A stretch of 64,000 nt of DNA from an uncultured virus (IMG/VR IMGVR_UViG_3300032307_001039) (Duplodnaviria; Heunggongvirae; Uroviricota; Caudoviricetes). The stretch is taken from the IMG/VR virus record IMGVR_UViG_3300032307_001039, one strand, 5' to 3'. A model generated the notes under the pieces. It did not search any database, had not been told where the DNA came from, and saw only the letters and a list, made by a program, of their open reading frames with translations. Shown here piece by piece: positions 8,510-17,738 of the stretch. The translations under genes were made by a program, and so were the position numbers. Numbering within the stretch: the stretch's first letter is position 1; each line of letters begins with the position of its first letter.

Positions 8510-10144
8510 ATGGAAAGAAAATTTTTACATATTCACAATCATACTAGAATAGGCAGCGTAAGAGATTCTACAAATAATCCTCACATAGTTGCAGATCTAT
8601 GTAAACGAGACAATCTTTCCAGTTACACCATTACGGATCATGGCACTTCTGCTGGTTGGATTGAATACTTTAAAGCTTGTGAAAAGAATGGCATCAAACC
8701 TGTTTTTGGAGTCGAGTTCTATCTCAACAGATATCGTGATAGAATATTTGAAATCAGAAAAGAGCTAGAAAAACTTAAAAAAGAAAAGAACAATGATAAT
8801 GCTTCTGCCATGGTTAAAGCACTAAACTTTGAGATGGAAGAAATCAAAAAGAATAATCATTTAGTGATTTTTGCTAAGAATCTACATGGTTATTACAATA
8901 TTCTTGAACTTCATAATCATGCCTTTATGAAAGGTTTTTATGGAAAGCCTCTCATTACGCTCGAAGAACTTTTCGATATGCCTAAAAAGCATGATGATAG
9001 AGGTATCATCCTGACTTCATCCTGTCTTGCTGGTGTCATTCCACAAAACATTATGAATGAAGATTACTCCAAAGCAGAAGATCATGCTCTTCTCATGCGA
9101 GAAGAATTCAGAGATAATTTCTATCTTGAAATACAAGCACATGAACTTGAAGAGCAACGATTGGTTAATCGTGGCTTGATTGATATTCATAAGAAAACAA
9201 AAATACCATTATGCATTGGTACAGATGCACATTATCCAGATACCAGTTACAGTCGCAGTCATGAAATATTTCTCTTGATTCAGGGTGAAGAGAAAGTAGA
9301 AGACATTGGTAAAAAAATATGGAAGATAACATATGAAACCAATAAAGGTGAGATTCGTCGAAAGAAGATAGATTTTGGTGAAGAAATATATGGTTTTAAA
9401 ATCGAAGACATCAATGTTGGCGATCATATTCATAAGAAAAAAGGCAGAATGGATGCTAATGGTAAATGGGAATTAAAAATAAATAAAAAAGAATTAGTCA
9501 ATAAAGTATGGATGATTGAAAGTGCAGATCTCAGTTTTAAAACTGTTGAACAGCTTCATGAACATATTGATAAATTTGAAGAACTACGAGAAATCAAAGA
9601 TCACATGTTGAACTCAAACTATGAGATCTATGATAAAATAGAACATATCAAACCTAACTCTGATTTGAAATTACCATTCTTTGATAATGACTATAAGACA
9701 TTAGTCAATCTCTGTCTTGAAGGCATGAAAGAAAAGAAACTGACAAGTAAAGAATATGCTGACAGATTAAAAATTGAATTGAATACTATTAAGAATGGTG
9801 GATTAAGTTCTTATTTCTTAATTCTGAAAGATATTATTGACTATGCTAAAACTGATCAGATTCCTGCTGGTCCTGGGCGCGGAAGTTCAGGTAGTAGCCT
9901 TGTGGTCTATCTTCTGGGAATCACCAGATTAGACCCAGTGAAGTGGAATTTTAACTTTGAACGTTTCCTTAATGAGAAGAAAATAGGTGAGAATCTGATA
10001 AAATACAGAATTGAATTGGATGATGGCAGAGAAATAGAACTTGGCGAAAATGATATGGTTAAGTTAAAAAATGGAGAGAGTAAAAAAGTCAAAGATTTAC
10101 ATCGAGATGACGAAATAGATGAACTACCAGTTAAAATTAACTAG
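8510..10144 (+). CDS. dnaE: DNA polymerase III alpha-like (family C), N-terminal half: PHP domain and start of the polymerase domain, ending in an intein-like tail
   Basis: LHIHNHT, TDHG, GVEFY, HLVIFAKN..GY.N, SSCLAG, TDAHY, GPGRGSSGSSLVVYLLGIT.LDP, FERFLN; likely start ATG 8510 after AAGGA (ORF track 8483). Confidence 0.93.
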   Translation: MERKFLHIHNHTRIGSVRDSTNNPHIVADLCKRDNLSSYTITDHGTSAGWIEYFKACEKNGIKPVFGVEFYLNRYRDRIFEIRKELEKLKKEKNNDNASAMVKALNFEMEEIKKNNHLVIFAKNLHGYYNILELHNHAFMKGFYGKPLITLEELFDMPKKHDDRGIILTSSCLAGVIPQNIMNEDYSKAEDHALLMREEFRDNFYLEIQAHELEEQRLVNRGLIDIHKKTKIPLCIGTDAHYPDTSYSRSHEIFLLIQGEEKVEDIGKKIWKITYETNKGEIRRKKIDFGEEIYGFKIEDINVGDHIHKKKGRMDANGKWELKINKKELVNKVWMIESADLSFKTVEQLHEHIDKFEELREIKDHMLNSNYEIYDKIEHIKPNSDLKLPFFDNDYKTLVNLCLEGMKEKKLTSKEYADRLKIELNTIKNGGLSSYFLILKDIIDYAKTDQIPAGPGRGSSGSSLVVYLLGITRLDPVKWNFNFERFLNEKKIGENLIKYRIELDDGREIELGENDMVKLKNGESKKVKDLHRDDEIDELPVKIN

Positions 10145-10481
10145 CGACAAAAAAAGAATAGACAATCACATTTTGAGATCACATGAAGATTGTAATTGGA
10201 ATCAAAGCTTTGATGACTACGGAAATGAAATTGGCGGTTTGTTTATTTATGACATGAAAAAATTTAATTCAATTGCTATTGGCTGTTTATGGATTTCTAA
10301 ATCTATGAGAGGCAAAAAACTTTCTGATTTAGTTTTCAGTTATATAGAAGAAAGAATTAATACGAGAATTTATTTTTTTTGTTTAGAACATTTGGTAAAT
10401 TTTTATCGAAGAAAAAATTTTAAAGAAATATTTTTAACAAAAGACAACTGTTATTTGATGAGTAACTATCAAATAACATAA
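10119..10481 (+). CDS. GNAT family acetyltransferase
   Basis: IGCLWISKSMRGKKLS (motif A) and LVNFYRRKNF (motif B). Confidence 0.75.
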   Translation: MNYQLKLTSDKKRIDNHILRSHEDCNWNQSFDDYGNEIGGLFIYDMKKFNSIAIGCLWISKSMRGKKLSDLVFSYIEERINTRIYFFCLEHLVNFYRRKNFKEIFLTKDNCYLMSNYQIT

Positions 10482-10501
10482 GAAATATGTGATTATATTT
10501 T

Positions 10502-11014
10502 TTAACCTTTAGGCAATAAGACTTCAGTTTCATCATTAGCTTTATCTTTATTTGAATTATTGTTTGCTCCACCTAAACTTTTGCCATTTAATCCATTATT
10601 GTTACCACTACTGCTTGGTTCATTTTTTCTGCCACTTTTCTGATATAACAAGAAAAAACTATCACTATAGCCTTCGTAACAATAAAAATTTTTTTCTTTA
10701 AAAAGACCTAAAATAATTTTTCTTTTATTAAAAAATATTGATTTTTCTAATTCTTCATAATTTTCAAAAACGATAACCTTATCACTGTCAATTATTTTCA
10801 CTTTATCATTTTTTTTAGTTTTTCCAATTATTTGTTTTATTAAATCATTAAATTTTTTGTCAACTTCATCTTGACTATTGTTATAGAGCAAAGTTCTAAT
10901 AGTATCTTTATCTTTTATATTTTTTATTAAAAAAATAAGATTGTCAGAATATGATATAAAATTTTCATTTAAAACATATTGATTTGCTAAATTCACGGAT
11001 TCGTTAAAATTCAT
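10502..11014 (-). CDS. hypothetical protein
   Basis: 170-aa ORF with AGAGGA SD; Asn/Gly-rich tail; leader ending VLNE. Confidence 0.65.
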   Translation of the reverse strand: MNFNESVNLANQYVLNENFISYSDNLIFLIKNIKDKDTIRTLLYNNSQDEVDKKFNDLIKQIIGKTKKNDKVKIIDSDKVIVFENYEELEKSIFFNKRKIILGLFKEKNFYCYEGYSDSFFLLYQKSGRKNEPSSSGNNNGLNGKSLGGANNNSNKDKANDETEVLLPKG

Positions 11015-11083
11015 TTTTGTCCTCTATTGTTATTTTTTAAAAAAAATTTTTTTTTATATATTTTTTTTAAAATATATTAATAT

Positions 11084-11503
11084 ATGGTGAATAGCTATTT
11101 TAATCTGTATTTTGAAAAAATTAAAGAGGGTGGAAAATATGCTCACATAAATTTCGTTCCGCCTAAAGCTGTAAGAAAAGCAGCTGCTCTTGGATTAAAG
11201 TTACGAAGAGAAGCTACACCATCAAACAAAGGCGGTTTAAGCGTCCAACAAGCTGCAGAAGAGGGCGTTGGTAGCGGAGTACAAAGAGCCGTAAATTTAA
11301 AAAATGGTGATAAAATGTCACCAGAAACTATTAAAAGAATGTATTCTTTTTTTAGTCGACATTCTGTTTTTGTAAAAAATCATAGTAAGAATCCACCAAA
11401 CAGATCATACATTAGTTGGACGATTTGGGGTGGAAATCCTGGATATAAATGGTGCAAAAAAATTTATAAAATGATGAAAAAAGCTGATGAAAAAGAAAAC
11501 TAA
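11084..11503 (+). CDS. conserved basic phage protein (PP..V...A..GL..R / TIKRM.SFF.RH / SW..WGG..G..W domain)
   Basis: Motif pattern I recognise from phage head-associated proteins; function unknown. Confidence 0.65.
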   Translation: MVNSYFNLYFEKIKEGGKYAHINFVPPKAVRKAAALGLKLRREATPSNKGGLSVQQAAEEGVGSGVQRAVNLKNGDKMSPETIKRMYSFFSRHSVFVKNHSKNPPNRSYISWTIWGGNPGYKWCKKIYKMMKKADEKEN

Positions 11504-11798
11504 TAATTTAAATTCTGTTTTAGAAAGTATTGTCAGTCAATACTTTGGTGATTTTCCTTTAGATGCAACAGAAGAAAAATCAAAAAAAGAACAGAAACCT
11601 ATTCTTGAAAAACAAGAAGCTCCAAAAAAACAAATTAACATGGAGCAGACAGATAAAAAAGAAGAAATAGATCCTAATACTTTTCTGGAATCATTAAGGG
11701 AAGATTTTTTTACTATGTTAAACACCACTAAAAAAATAGAAGAAAAAAAAGAACTATCTAACGAACTCGAAGACATAGCGAAAACTTTCTTTAATTAA
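11487..11798 (+). CDS. acidic/charged hypothetical protein
   Basis: 103-aa ORF with several (V/F/L)LE sites. Confidence 0.6.
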   Translation: MKKKTNNLNSVLESIVSQYFGDFPLDATEEKSKKEQKPILEKQEAPKKQINMEQTDKKEEIDPNTFLESLREDFFTMLNTTKKIEEKKELSNELEDIAKTFFN

Positions 11799-11801
11799 TT
11801 T

Positions 11802-11831
11802 TAAACATCAAACTCCTTAGGCATATATAAT
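11802..11831 (+). promoter_or_regulatory. sigma70-like promoter TAAACA-N18-TATAAT for the dnaE C-half (near-leaderless)
   Basis: Direct reading; ATG 5 nt after the -10 box, no SD. Confidence 0.65.
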
Positions 11832-11836
11832 TATAT

Positions 11837-13909
11837 ATGCCTAAGATAAAAAGTATACAAAAGTTTCGTCCTTCTTCATCTACTCCGCCAGACATAGACT
11901 GTGACTTCGCAGCTAATCCTTTCACTGGTAAAGACAGACATGACATTTTTAGATATTTACAAAAAAAATATAACAGAGGAAAAGATATCCATACAGCATT
12001 GGTTGGTGTCAGAAGTGTTTATTCATTAAAAAGTGCATTAAGAGATGTTTGTAAAACATTCTCAATTCCAGCTAGTGAAACGTTCGCCATTACAAAAATC
12101 ATAAACGATGAAATACCAATCGCCGAAAACAAAAAAAGAAACAAAGAATGTGAAATATTTTTCAATAAATACCCAGAACTGGAAGATGTAGTTGAAAAAA
12201 TAACTGGCACAGTGTCAGCTTTTGGTGTTCATGCTGGTGGTATTGTTATCAGCGATAAGAATTATCCAATCAATCGTTACTGTGCAATACAAAAAAATAA
12301 TGATGGTGAACCTGCAACATTATGGGATAAAGATGAAATACAAGAATCTCTTGGCTTTGTGAAATATGATATTTTACAAGTAAAAGTTCTTTCACAGATA
12401 ATGTATACTAAATATCTTATTGGAGAAAATAACTATTATGAAGATTATGTGGAAGAACCTGATGTCATTAGAGAAGTGGCTAAACGTGGTCATCATAAAA
12501 ACATATTTCAATTTGAAAGTCCTCTCGGCAAACGAATGTTTCAAGAATGTAAAATAGAAAGTATATATGATTTAAGTAATGCATCAGGTATGATACGTCA
12601 AATGGGAACAGAAGGCGGCCGAGAGATGTATGAAAAATATAAACAAAACAGTAACTCAAATGAAATGGAATGGCGTCGGCAGTTAAAAGAAGAAGTCAGT
12701 GATGTCAATTATGAAATCTGTTACAGTATCCTAAAACCAACTTATGGCGTCTTGGTCTATCAAGAACAGTTGAGTGAGATGATTAAAGATCTCTCAAGAG
12801 GTAAGTCAACTTTTGGAGATGGTAACATAGTAAGAAAGAAACTAGGCAAATTGGTTTTGAAATATGGTTTAATTGATGATATACAAAAAGACAAAGATAA
12901 ACTAAAACTGTGGCACAAAGATGTCATAGACATTCTTCATAAACCATTACTGCAATATCTTGATAAAGATGGGTATAATTCTGACGATCCTGATGTAATA
13001 GATTTTCTTAATTTTAATTTAAAAAACAATAAACTACCAATACCTAAAAAAGGTATTTTAAATTGGTTTATTATTGGTAGTACATATCTTTTCTCTGTGA
13101 TTCACTCGGTGGCATATAGCATTATTTCTTTTAATCAAATTTATCAAAAGTATTATCATCCAGTTGAATTTTGGTGTGGCACTCTTTTTACAGGTGATAA
13201 AGATGATATTAAAAACTTTGTTGATGCAGCGTACACAGAAAGCAGAATTAAAACATTAAGACCAGATATCAATCTCTCAAAATTTAATTTTAAAGTTGAG
13301 AATGAGAATATTAGATTTGGTTTAGGTATGATCTCTGGCGTAAATAAAGCAGCACATATCATTCTTCAAGAAAGAAAAGAAAATGGACCATTTAAAAACT
13401 TCACAGACTTCTTTCAAAGAACAAGAAAAAGTGCTACCTTAATAAACAAAAAAATAGTTGAGAATCTTATTTTTGCTGGTGCTTTTGGTGATACCAATCA
13501 AGAAGAGATATATCGCGAATATATAAAACTAAGAGGCGATAAAAATCCAGAACCTATTGGTTGGAGTTTACAAAACATGATTGAAAGAGAAAGATTGGTT
13601 TTAGATGTTAATCTTTCCTATCAATACGAAAACACTGCAGCACTTAAAGAGTGTTTGCCAATTAATGAATTGAAAAATGAAGATGAACAAAAAATAGCTT
13701 TCTTAATCACAAAGATAACTAAGAAAAAAACTAAAAACAAAAAAGATTACACCTTGCTTAATGTTATGTGTATGAATAGCAAGAATAAACTTAATCTATT
13801 TTCATGGGATAATGGCAGTGTTGATTGGGAACCTTTCTTAAATCAGCCATTAGCAAAATATGTTAAAAAGTCAAACGATTTTTATACACTCAATCTCTTT
13901 AGGCAATAG
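11837..13909 (+). CDS. dnaE: DNA polymerase III alpha-like (family C), C-terminal half: catalytic palm, fingers, HhH, OB-like end
   Basis: PPDIDCDF (two catalytic Asp), GVHAGGIVI, GFVKYDIL (third Asp), IFQFES, TYGVLVYQEQ, HSVAYS, PDINLS, IRFGL..I.GV. Confidence 0.93.
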   Translation: MPKIKSIQKFRPSSSTPPDIDCDFAANPFTGKDRHDIFRYLQKKYNRGKDIHTALVGVRSVYSLKSALRDVCKTFSIPASETFAITKIINDEIPIAENKKRNKECEIFFNKYPELEDVVEKITGTVSAFGVHAGGIVISDKNYPINRYCAIQKNNDGEPATLWDKDEIQESLGFVKYDILQVKVLSQIMYTKYLIGENNYYEDYVEEPDVIREVAKRGHHKNIFQFESPLGKRMFQECKIESIYDLSNASGMIRQMGTEGGREMYEKYKQNSNSNEMEWRRQLKEEVSDVNYEICYSILKPTYGVLVYQEQLSEMIKDLSRGKSTFGDGNIVRKKLGKLVLKYGLIDDIQKDKDKLKLWHKDVIDILHKPLLQYLDKDGYNSDDPDVIDFLNFNLKNNKLPIPKKGILNWFIIGSTYLFSVIHSVAYSIISFNQIYQKYYHPVEFWCGTLFTGDKDDIKNFVDAAYTESRIKTLRPDINLSKFNFKVENENIRFGLGMISGVNKAAHIILQERKENGPFKNFTDFFQRTRKSATLINKKIVENLIFAGAFGDTNQEEIYREYIKLRGDKNPEPIGWSLQNMIERERLVLDVNLSYQYENTAALKECLPINELKNEDEQKIAFLITKITKKKTKNKKDYTLLNVMCMNSKNKLNLFSWDNGSVDWEPFLNQPLAKYVKKSNDFYTLNLFRQ

Positions 13910-13918
13910 AATAAATAT

Positions 13919-14728
13919 ATGTATAACATAACAGCAAAAAATGCAAATGATTTTTATGAGCAAGGAATACAGTTACTCAAAGATAAAGGTAAAAAACTTC
14001 AAATAAGAGGCAGTGAAGTGATTGAACTTATTGGTGTTAACATTGAAATCTTAAACCCAAGAGATCGTGTTATTACAGAGGTGAATAGAAAGTTTCCTTT
14101 GAAAGGAGCAATGGCTGAATTTCTTTGGTATATGACTAAGAATAACAAAGTCGAGATTATCACACCGTTTCTCAAGCATTGGATAAACTTTAGCGATAAT
14201 GGACTTTACGTAAACAGTAACTATGGCTATCAATGGAGATCTCAAATACCAGAGATTATAGAAAAGATAAAAAGAGATCGTTATACACGCCAAGCAGTTA
14301 TCTGTCTTTATGATAAAGAATATAGTCATTATTATGGTAAGGACACTGTATGCACACCAACTTTTCAACTTTTTATCAGAGATGATCGACTACATATGAT
14401 AGTTAATTCAAGAAGCAGAGATATAGTTAGGGGCGAATGTATAGATCAATTTACTTTCTCTTGTCTACAAGAACTAATAGCAAATGAACTGGGTATAGAA
14501 CTGGGTACTTATCAAAACTGTATTGGCAGTCTTCATATCTATAGCGATCATTATGATCTTCTTGATAATGAAATAAAATTTACCGAGAATGAATATAAAG
14601 ATTTAAAGATAAATATGAACTACACAGATTTTTGGAAAACAATAGAAAATGAAGATGAAACTGATTTTATTAAAACTGTAATAAAATCAAAAGAAATAGA
14701 TATATCTCATTTTAAAAAATATGTTTAA
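13919..14728 (+). CDS. thymidylate-synthase-fold enzyme, probably dCMP hydroxymethylase-like
   Basis: EFLWY, NSNYG, TRQAV, KDTVCT (catalytic Cys), RSRDIVRGECID (Asp at the ThyA Asn177 position), GSLHIY. Confidence 0.85.
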   Translation: MYNITAKNANDFYEQGIQLLKDKGKKLQIRGSEVIELIGVNIEILNPRDRVITEVNRKFPLKGAMAEFLWYMTKNNKVEIITPFLKHWINFSDNGLYVNSNYGYQWRSQIPEIIEKIKRDRYTRQAVICLYDKEYSHYYGKDTVCTPTFQLFIRDDRLHMIVNSRSRDIVRGECIDQFTFSCLQELIANELGIELGTYQNCIGSLHIYSDHYDLLDNEIKFTENEYKDLKINMNYTDFWKTIENEDETDFIKTVIKSKEIDISHFKKYV

Positions 14729-15047
14729 TCATAAAGAGACAGTATGGTTTATTTTATTTGAAACCATACTGTCAAGCTTTTCTATTTATCAACTATCATC
14801 TGCTATCATGATGAAGGCAAAAGAAATTGATTTTAACCAAATTGAAGTTAAATTTGAAACTGTTAAAAGAATTGAGAGTGACGTGAGAGAAATAAGAGTG
14901 GAAATCGAAGAAAAGCCAAAAATTATTGAAATAAAAAATGAAGAACCATCAAAAACGGTTCAAAGAAAACAAAAAGAAAAAATCAAAAACCAAATTATAT
15001 CAATTGAAGAAGATGACGCAGATATAATTTGGTTTAATGAAAATTAA
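14721..15047 (+). CDS. hypothetical protein with N-terminal hydrophobic segment
   Basis: 108-aa ORF overlapping the upstream gene. Confidence 0.55.
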   Translation: MFNHKETVWFILFETILSSFSIYQLSSAIMMKAKEIDFNQIEVKFETVKRIESDVREIRVEIEEKPKIIEIKNEEPSKTVQRKQKEKIKNQIISIEEDDADIIWFNEN

Positions 15048-15781
15048 TTAGTTTTTTTTAAACTATCAATTTCTTGTATATTTAATTTGAAATCATTTAT
15101 TGATTTTAATGTTTCTTTAAACATTGGATCATTTTTATTATGATCAGAAGAGTCTAAAAGTTTGTTGTAATCATTATCTACTTTTTCAATCATTTCTTTA
15201 TAAACATCAGTGCTTATAGAAGATATCATTTTATTTGCGTTTTCAATTTCTTCTTTAGATGATTTTGGATCATCTTTAATTTGTTTAAAAAAACTATATT
15301 TTCTCCATTCTGATCTTTTAAACATATCTTTTAATGTATCAACAACTGTTCTCAAACTATTCAATTGAGAATTTTTCATGGCTGTCTCATATCCAACTTT
15401 ATCAATTTTTCCTTTTTTTAATGCATCATCTAACATACCTTTTATTTCTTTATTATCTATTTTATATTCGCCGTTCATAAGAGAAATTGAAACGTTAGCT
15501 TTAGGACCTTTTAAATCATCAGCCTTCATTTTTCCAAATGTTGAATTAAACATAAGTGCTGCAATTAAAAATGGAACGCCAATTTTTTTCGCCATATCTC
15601 CAATAATTCCTTCGTCATAAACTAGAGTTCCGTCTTTAATCATATCAGTTAAGAATTCGTTGACTTCGTGACGTGTGAAAAAATCTTGATTTTCGCTAAT
15701 CACTCTCATATATTGTTCGAATGCTTTTTTATGTTGAGCATCTTCACTATAAACTTTTAAATATTTTTTTAAATTTGACAT
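15044..15781 (-). CDS. hypothetical protein with internal signal-like segment (paralogue of 15783-16313)
   Basis: YDEGIIGDMAKKIGVPFLIAALMF shared motif. Confidence 0.7.
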   Translation of the reverse strand: MSNLKKYLKVYSEDAQHKKAFEQYMRVISENQDFFTRHEVNEFLTDMIKDGTLVYDEGIIGDMAKKIGVPFLIAALMFNSTFGKMKADDLKGPKANVSISLMNGEYKIDNKEIKGMLDDALKKGKIDKVGYETAMKNSQLNSLRTVVDTLKDMFKRSEWRKYSFFKQIKDDPKSSKEEIENANKMISSISTDVYKEMIEKVDNDYNKLLDSSDHNKNDPMFKETLKSINDFKLNIQEIDSLKKTN

Positions 15782-15782
15782 A

Positions 15783-16313
15783 TTATTTTTCCTTTTTAAT
15801 ACTTTTTAATTCCATATCGAAATTCTCATTAGCCATAGCAGAGTCTTGTATATATTTTTTTAGTGTATCTATAATATTTGTATAATATACAACTTTTGAT
15901 TCATCAATAAGATCTTCTTTTTTTAAATATTTAATGCCGTCTTGTATTTCTTTTATTGTATTATTGAAATTTTCACTTCTTGCTTTAAATTCTTCTGAGT
16001 GTCTTTTTAAAGTAGAAACTTCAGCTTCTAGATTGTTAATATCTTTTTTTATATTAATAGAATTTTCAACGCCAGATGGGGCATAATTCATCTTTTCTTG
16101 TGCTGTCAAGTTTTTATGACTAGGACTAACAAACAATGATGTAGCTAAAGCAAAAGGAGGTAAATATTTTTTTATATAATCTGCTATTTTTCCTTCATCA
16201 TAAATATCTATTAACCCGAGTTCTACTAGATTATCTAAATGTTTTTTTGTTTCTTGATAGGAAACGGTTTCTTCATTTTTTACTTTTTTTATATATTGAT
16301 CATATGTTGACAT
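15783..16313 (-). CDS. hypothetical coiled-coil protein with internal signal-like segment
   Basis: YDEGKIADYIKKYLPPFALATSLF shared motif; leader MSTYDQYIKKVKNEE. Confidence 0.7.
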   Translation of the reverse strand: MSTYDQYIKKVKNEETVSYQETKKHLDNLVELGLIDIYDEGKIADYIKKYLPPFALATSLFVSPSHKNLTAQEKMNYAPSGVENSINIKKDINNLEAEVSTLKRHSEEFKARSENFNNTIKEIQDGIKYLKKEDLIDESKVVYYTNIIDTLKKYIQDSAMANENFDMELKSIKKEK

Positions 16314-16441
16314 TAGGTTTCACCTTTTTCTTTTTTAGTCGGTAGTGGTAGACCACCGACAAGAACAGGAGGTAGATTTTTGTCTTTTAAAGATTCACGA
16401 GCGCGGCGATACATCTCTTCTAAGGTAGAATTTTTATTCAT
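16313..16441 (-). CDS. 42-aa hypothetical protein (below ORF-track cutoff)
   Basis: MNKNSTLEEMYRRARESLKDKNLPPVLVGGLPLPTKKEKGET*, TAATG-coupled to the next gene. Confidence 0.5.
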   Translation of the reverse strand: MNKNSTLEEMYRRARESLKDKNLPPVLVGGLPLPTKKEKGET

Positions 16442-16542
16442 AAAATATATTTTATTTGTGAAATTAATTTTATTATAATTTAAAATTTTTTTTTAATAAA
16501 AAAAAATAATATTTTTTATTTTTTTTTAAAATATATTTATAG

Positions 16543-17733
16543 ATGATACTTAAGGCTTATAAATACAGAATATATCCTACTAAATCTCAACGTGAATTAA
16601 TTGAGAAGCATTTTGGTAGTGTAAGATTCATATATAATTGGGGACTTGAGAAAAAAATAAAACATTATACTGAGCATAAAAAAACGCTTTCGACTATACA
16701 AATTATAAATGAGATAGTTATTTTGAAGCAAAAGAAGGAATTTGAGTGGTTAGGAGAAGTTAATTCGCAGAGTCTTCAGAGTGAATTAAGACATTTGGAT
16801 GTAGCTTTTGTTAATTTTTTTAGAGCTAAAAAAGGTTTTCCTAAATTTAAAAGTAAAAAAGACAATCACCATTCTTTTTCAGTTCCTCAACACGCAAAAC
16901 TAGAAAATAAACTTTATATTCCTAAATTTAAAGAAGGAATTAAGATTAAAAAACATAGAGACTTTAAGGGACAAATTAAAACTGTAACTATTTCAAAAAA
17001 TCCAAGTAATCAATATTTTGCATCTATTTTGGTTGAATCAGAAGAGCAATTGGTTTCTAAAAGTAAAATAAATAAAGAAACCACAATTGGTATCGATCTT
17101 GGAATTAAAGATTTTTTAATAACATCAAAAGGTGAAAAGATTGAAAATCCAAAGTTTTTAAGAAAGAGTGAAAAAAAATTAAAAAGAGAACAACAGAAGC
17201 TTTCTAAAAAAGTATTAGGAAGTAAAAATAGAGATCGTCAAAGAAAAATGGTTGCTAAGGTTCATCAAAAAATTGCTAATCAAAGAAATGACATTCAACA
17301 TAAAATATCAAAAAGACTTATTAGCGAGAATCAAACAATATGTCTTGAAGATTTGAATGTGAAAGGAATGATGCAAAACAGAAAGCTAAGTAAAGCAATT
17401 GGTGATATATCATGGAGTTCATTTGTGCAGAAACTTGTGTATAAAGCTGAATGGTATGGAACGAACATAATAACTATTGGTAGATTTGAGCCAAGCACAA
17501 AGTTATGTTCACATTGCGGAGCATTAAATGATAATTTAACTTTAGCAGATAGAACATGGATATGCGATTGTGGAATTCAGCATGATAGAGATATAAATGC
17601 TGCGATTAATATTAAGAATTTTGGCATATTAAAAGCTGTAAGGTTGGAACGACCTAATCATAAAGCCTGTGGAGATGAAGGGATACTTTTGTCTATGAAG
17701 CAGGAAGAATGTGAGTCTTTAGCTCACATTTAG
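16543..17733 (+). CDS. tnpB: TnpB RNA-guided endonuclease (IS200/IS605 family)
   Basis: AYKYRIYPT N-terminus, RuvC GIDLGIK / CLEDLNV / HDRDINAAINI, zinc finger CSHCG...CDCG. Confidence 0.95.
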   Translation: MILKAYKYRIYPTKSQRELIEKHFGSVRFIYNWGLEKKIKHYTEHKKTLSTIQIINEIVILKQKKEFEWLGEVNSQSLQSELRHLDVAFVNFFRAKKGFPKFKSKKDNHHSFSVPQHAKLENKLYIPKFKEGIKIKKHRDFKGQIKTVTISKNPSNQYFASILVESEEQLVSKSKINKETTIGIDLGIKDFLITSKGEKIENPKFLRKSEKKLKREQQKLSKKVLGSKNRDRQRKMVAKVHQKIANQRNDIQHKISKRLISENQTICLEDLNVKGMMQNRKLSKAIGDISWSSFVQKLVYKAEWYGTNIITIGRFEPSTKLCSHCGALNDNLTLADRTWICDCGIQHDRDINAAINIKNFGILKAVRLERPNHKACGDEGILLSMKQEECESLAHI

Positions 17734-17738
17734 TTCAC
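16543..17738 (+). mobile_element. solo tnpB element (IS1341-like); no tnpA, left end not identified
   Basis: Right end with hairpin AATGTGAG-TCTTTAG-CTCACATT followed by TAGTTCAC. Confidence 0.7.

Noticed and set aside
10145..11836. Group I/II intron or homing endonuclease interrupting dnaE
   Set aside because: The gap is filled with ordinary ORFs, shows no HNH/GIY-YIG/LAGLIDADG/RT motifs, and the C-half has its own promoter
9970..11885. Functional trans-splicing split intein in dnaE
   Set aside because: No N-terminal Cys/Ser block A, no TxxH, and no His-Asn before the C-extein; kept only as a remnant hypothesis
16338..16360. GC-rich hairpin GTCGGT...ACCGAC as the IS left end
   Set aside because: Falls inside a plausible translationally coupled 42-aa ORF and does not resemble the right-end hairpin
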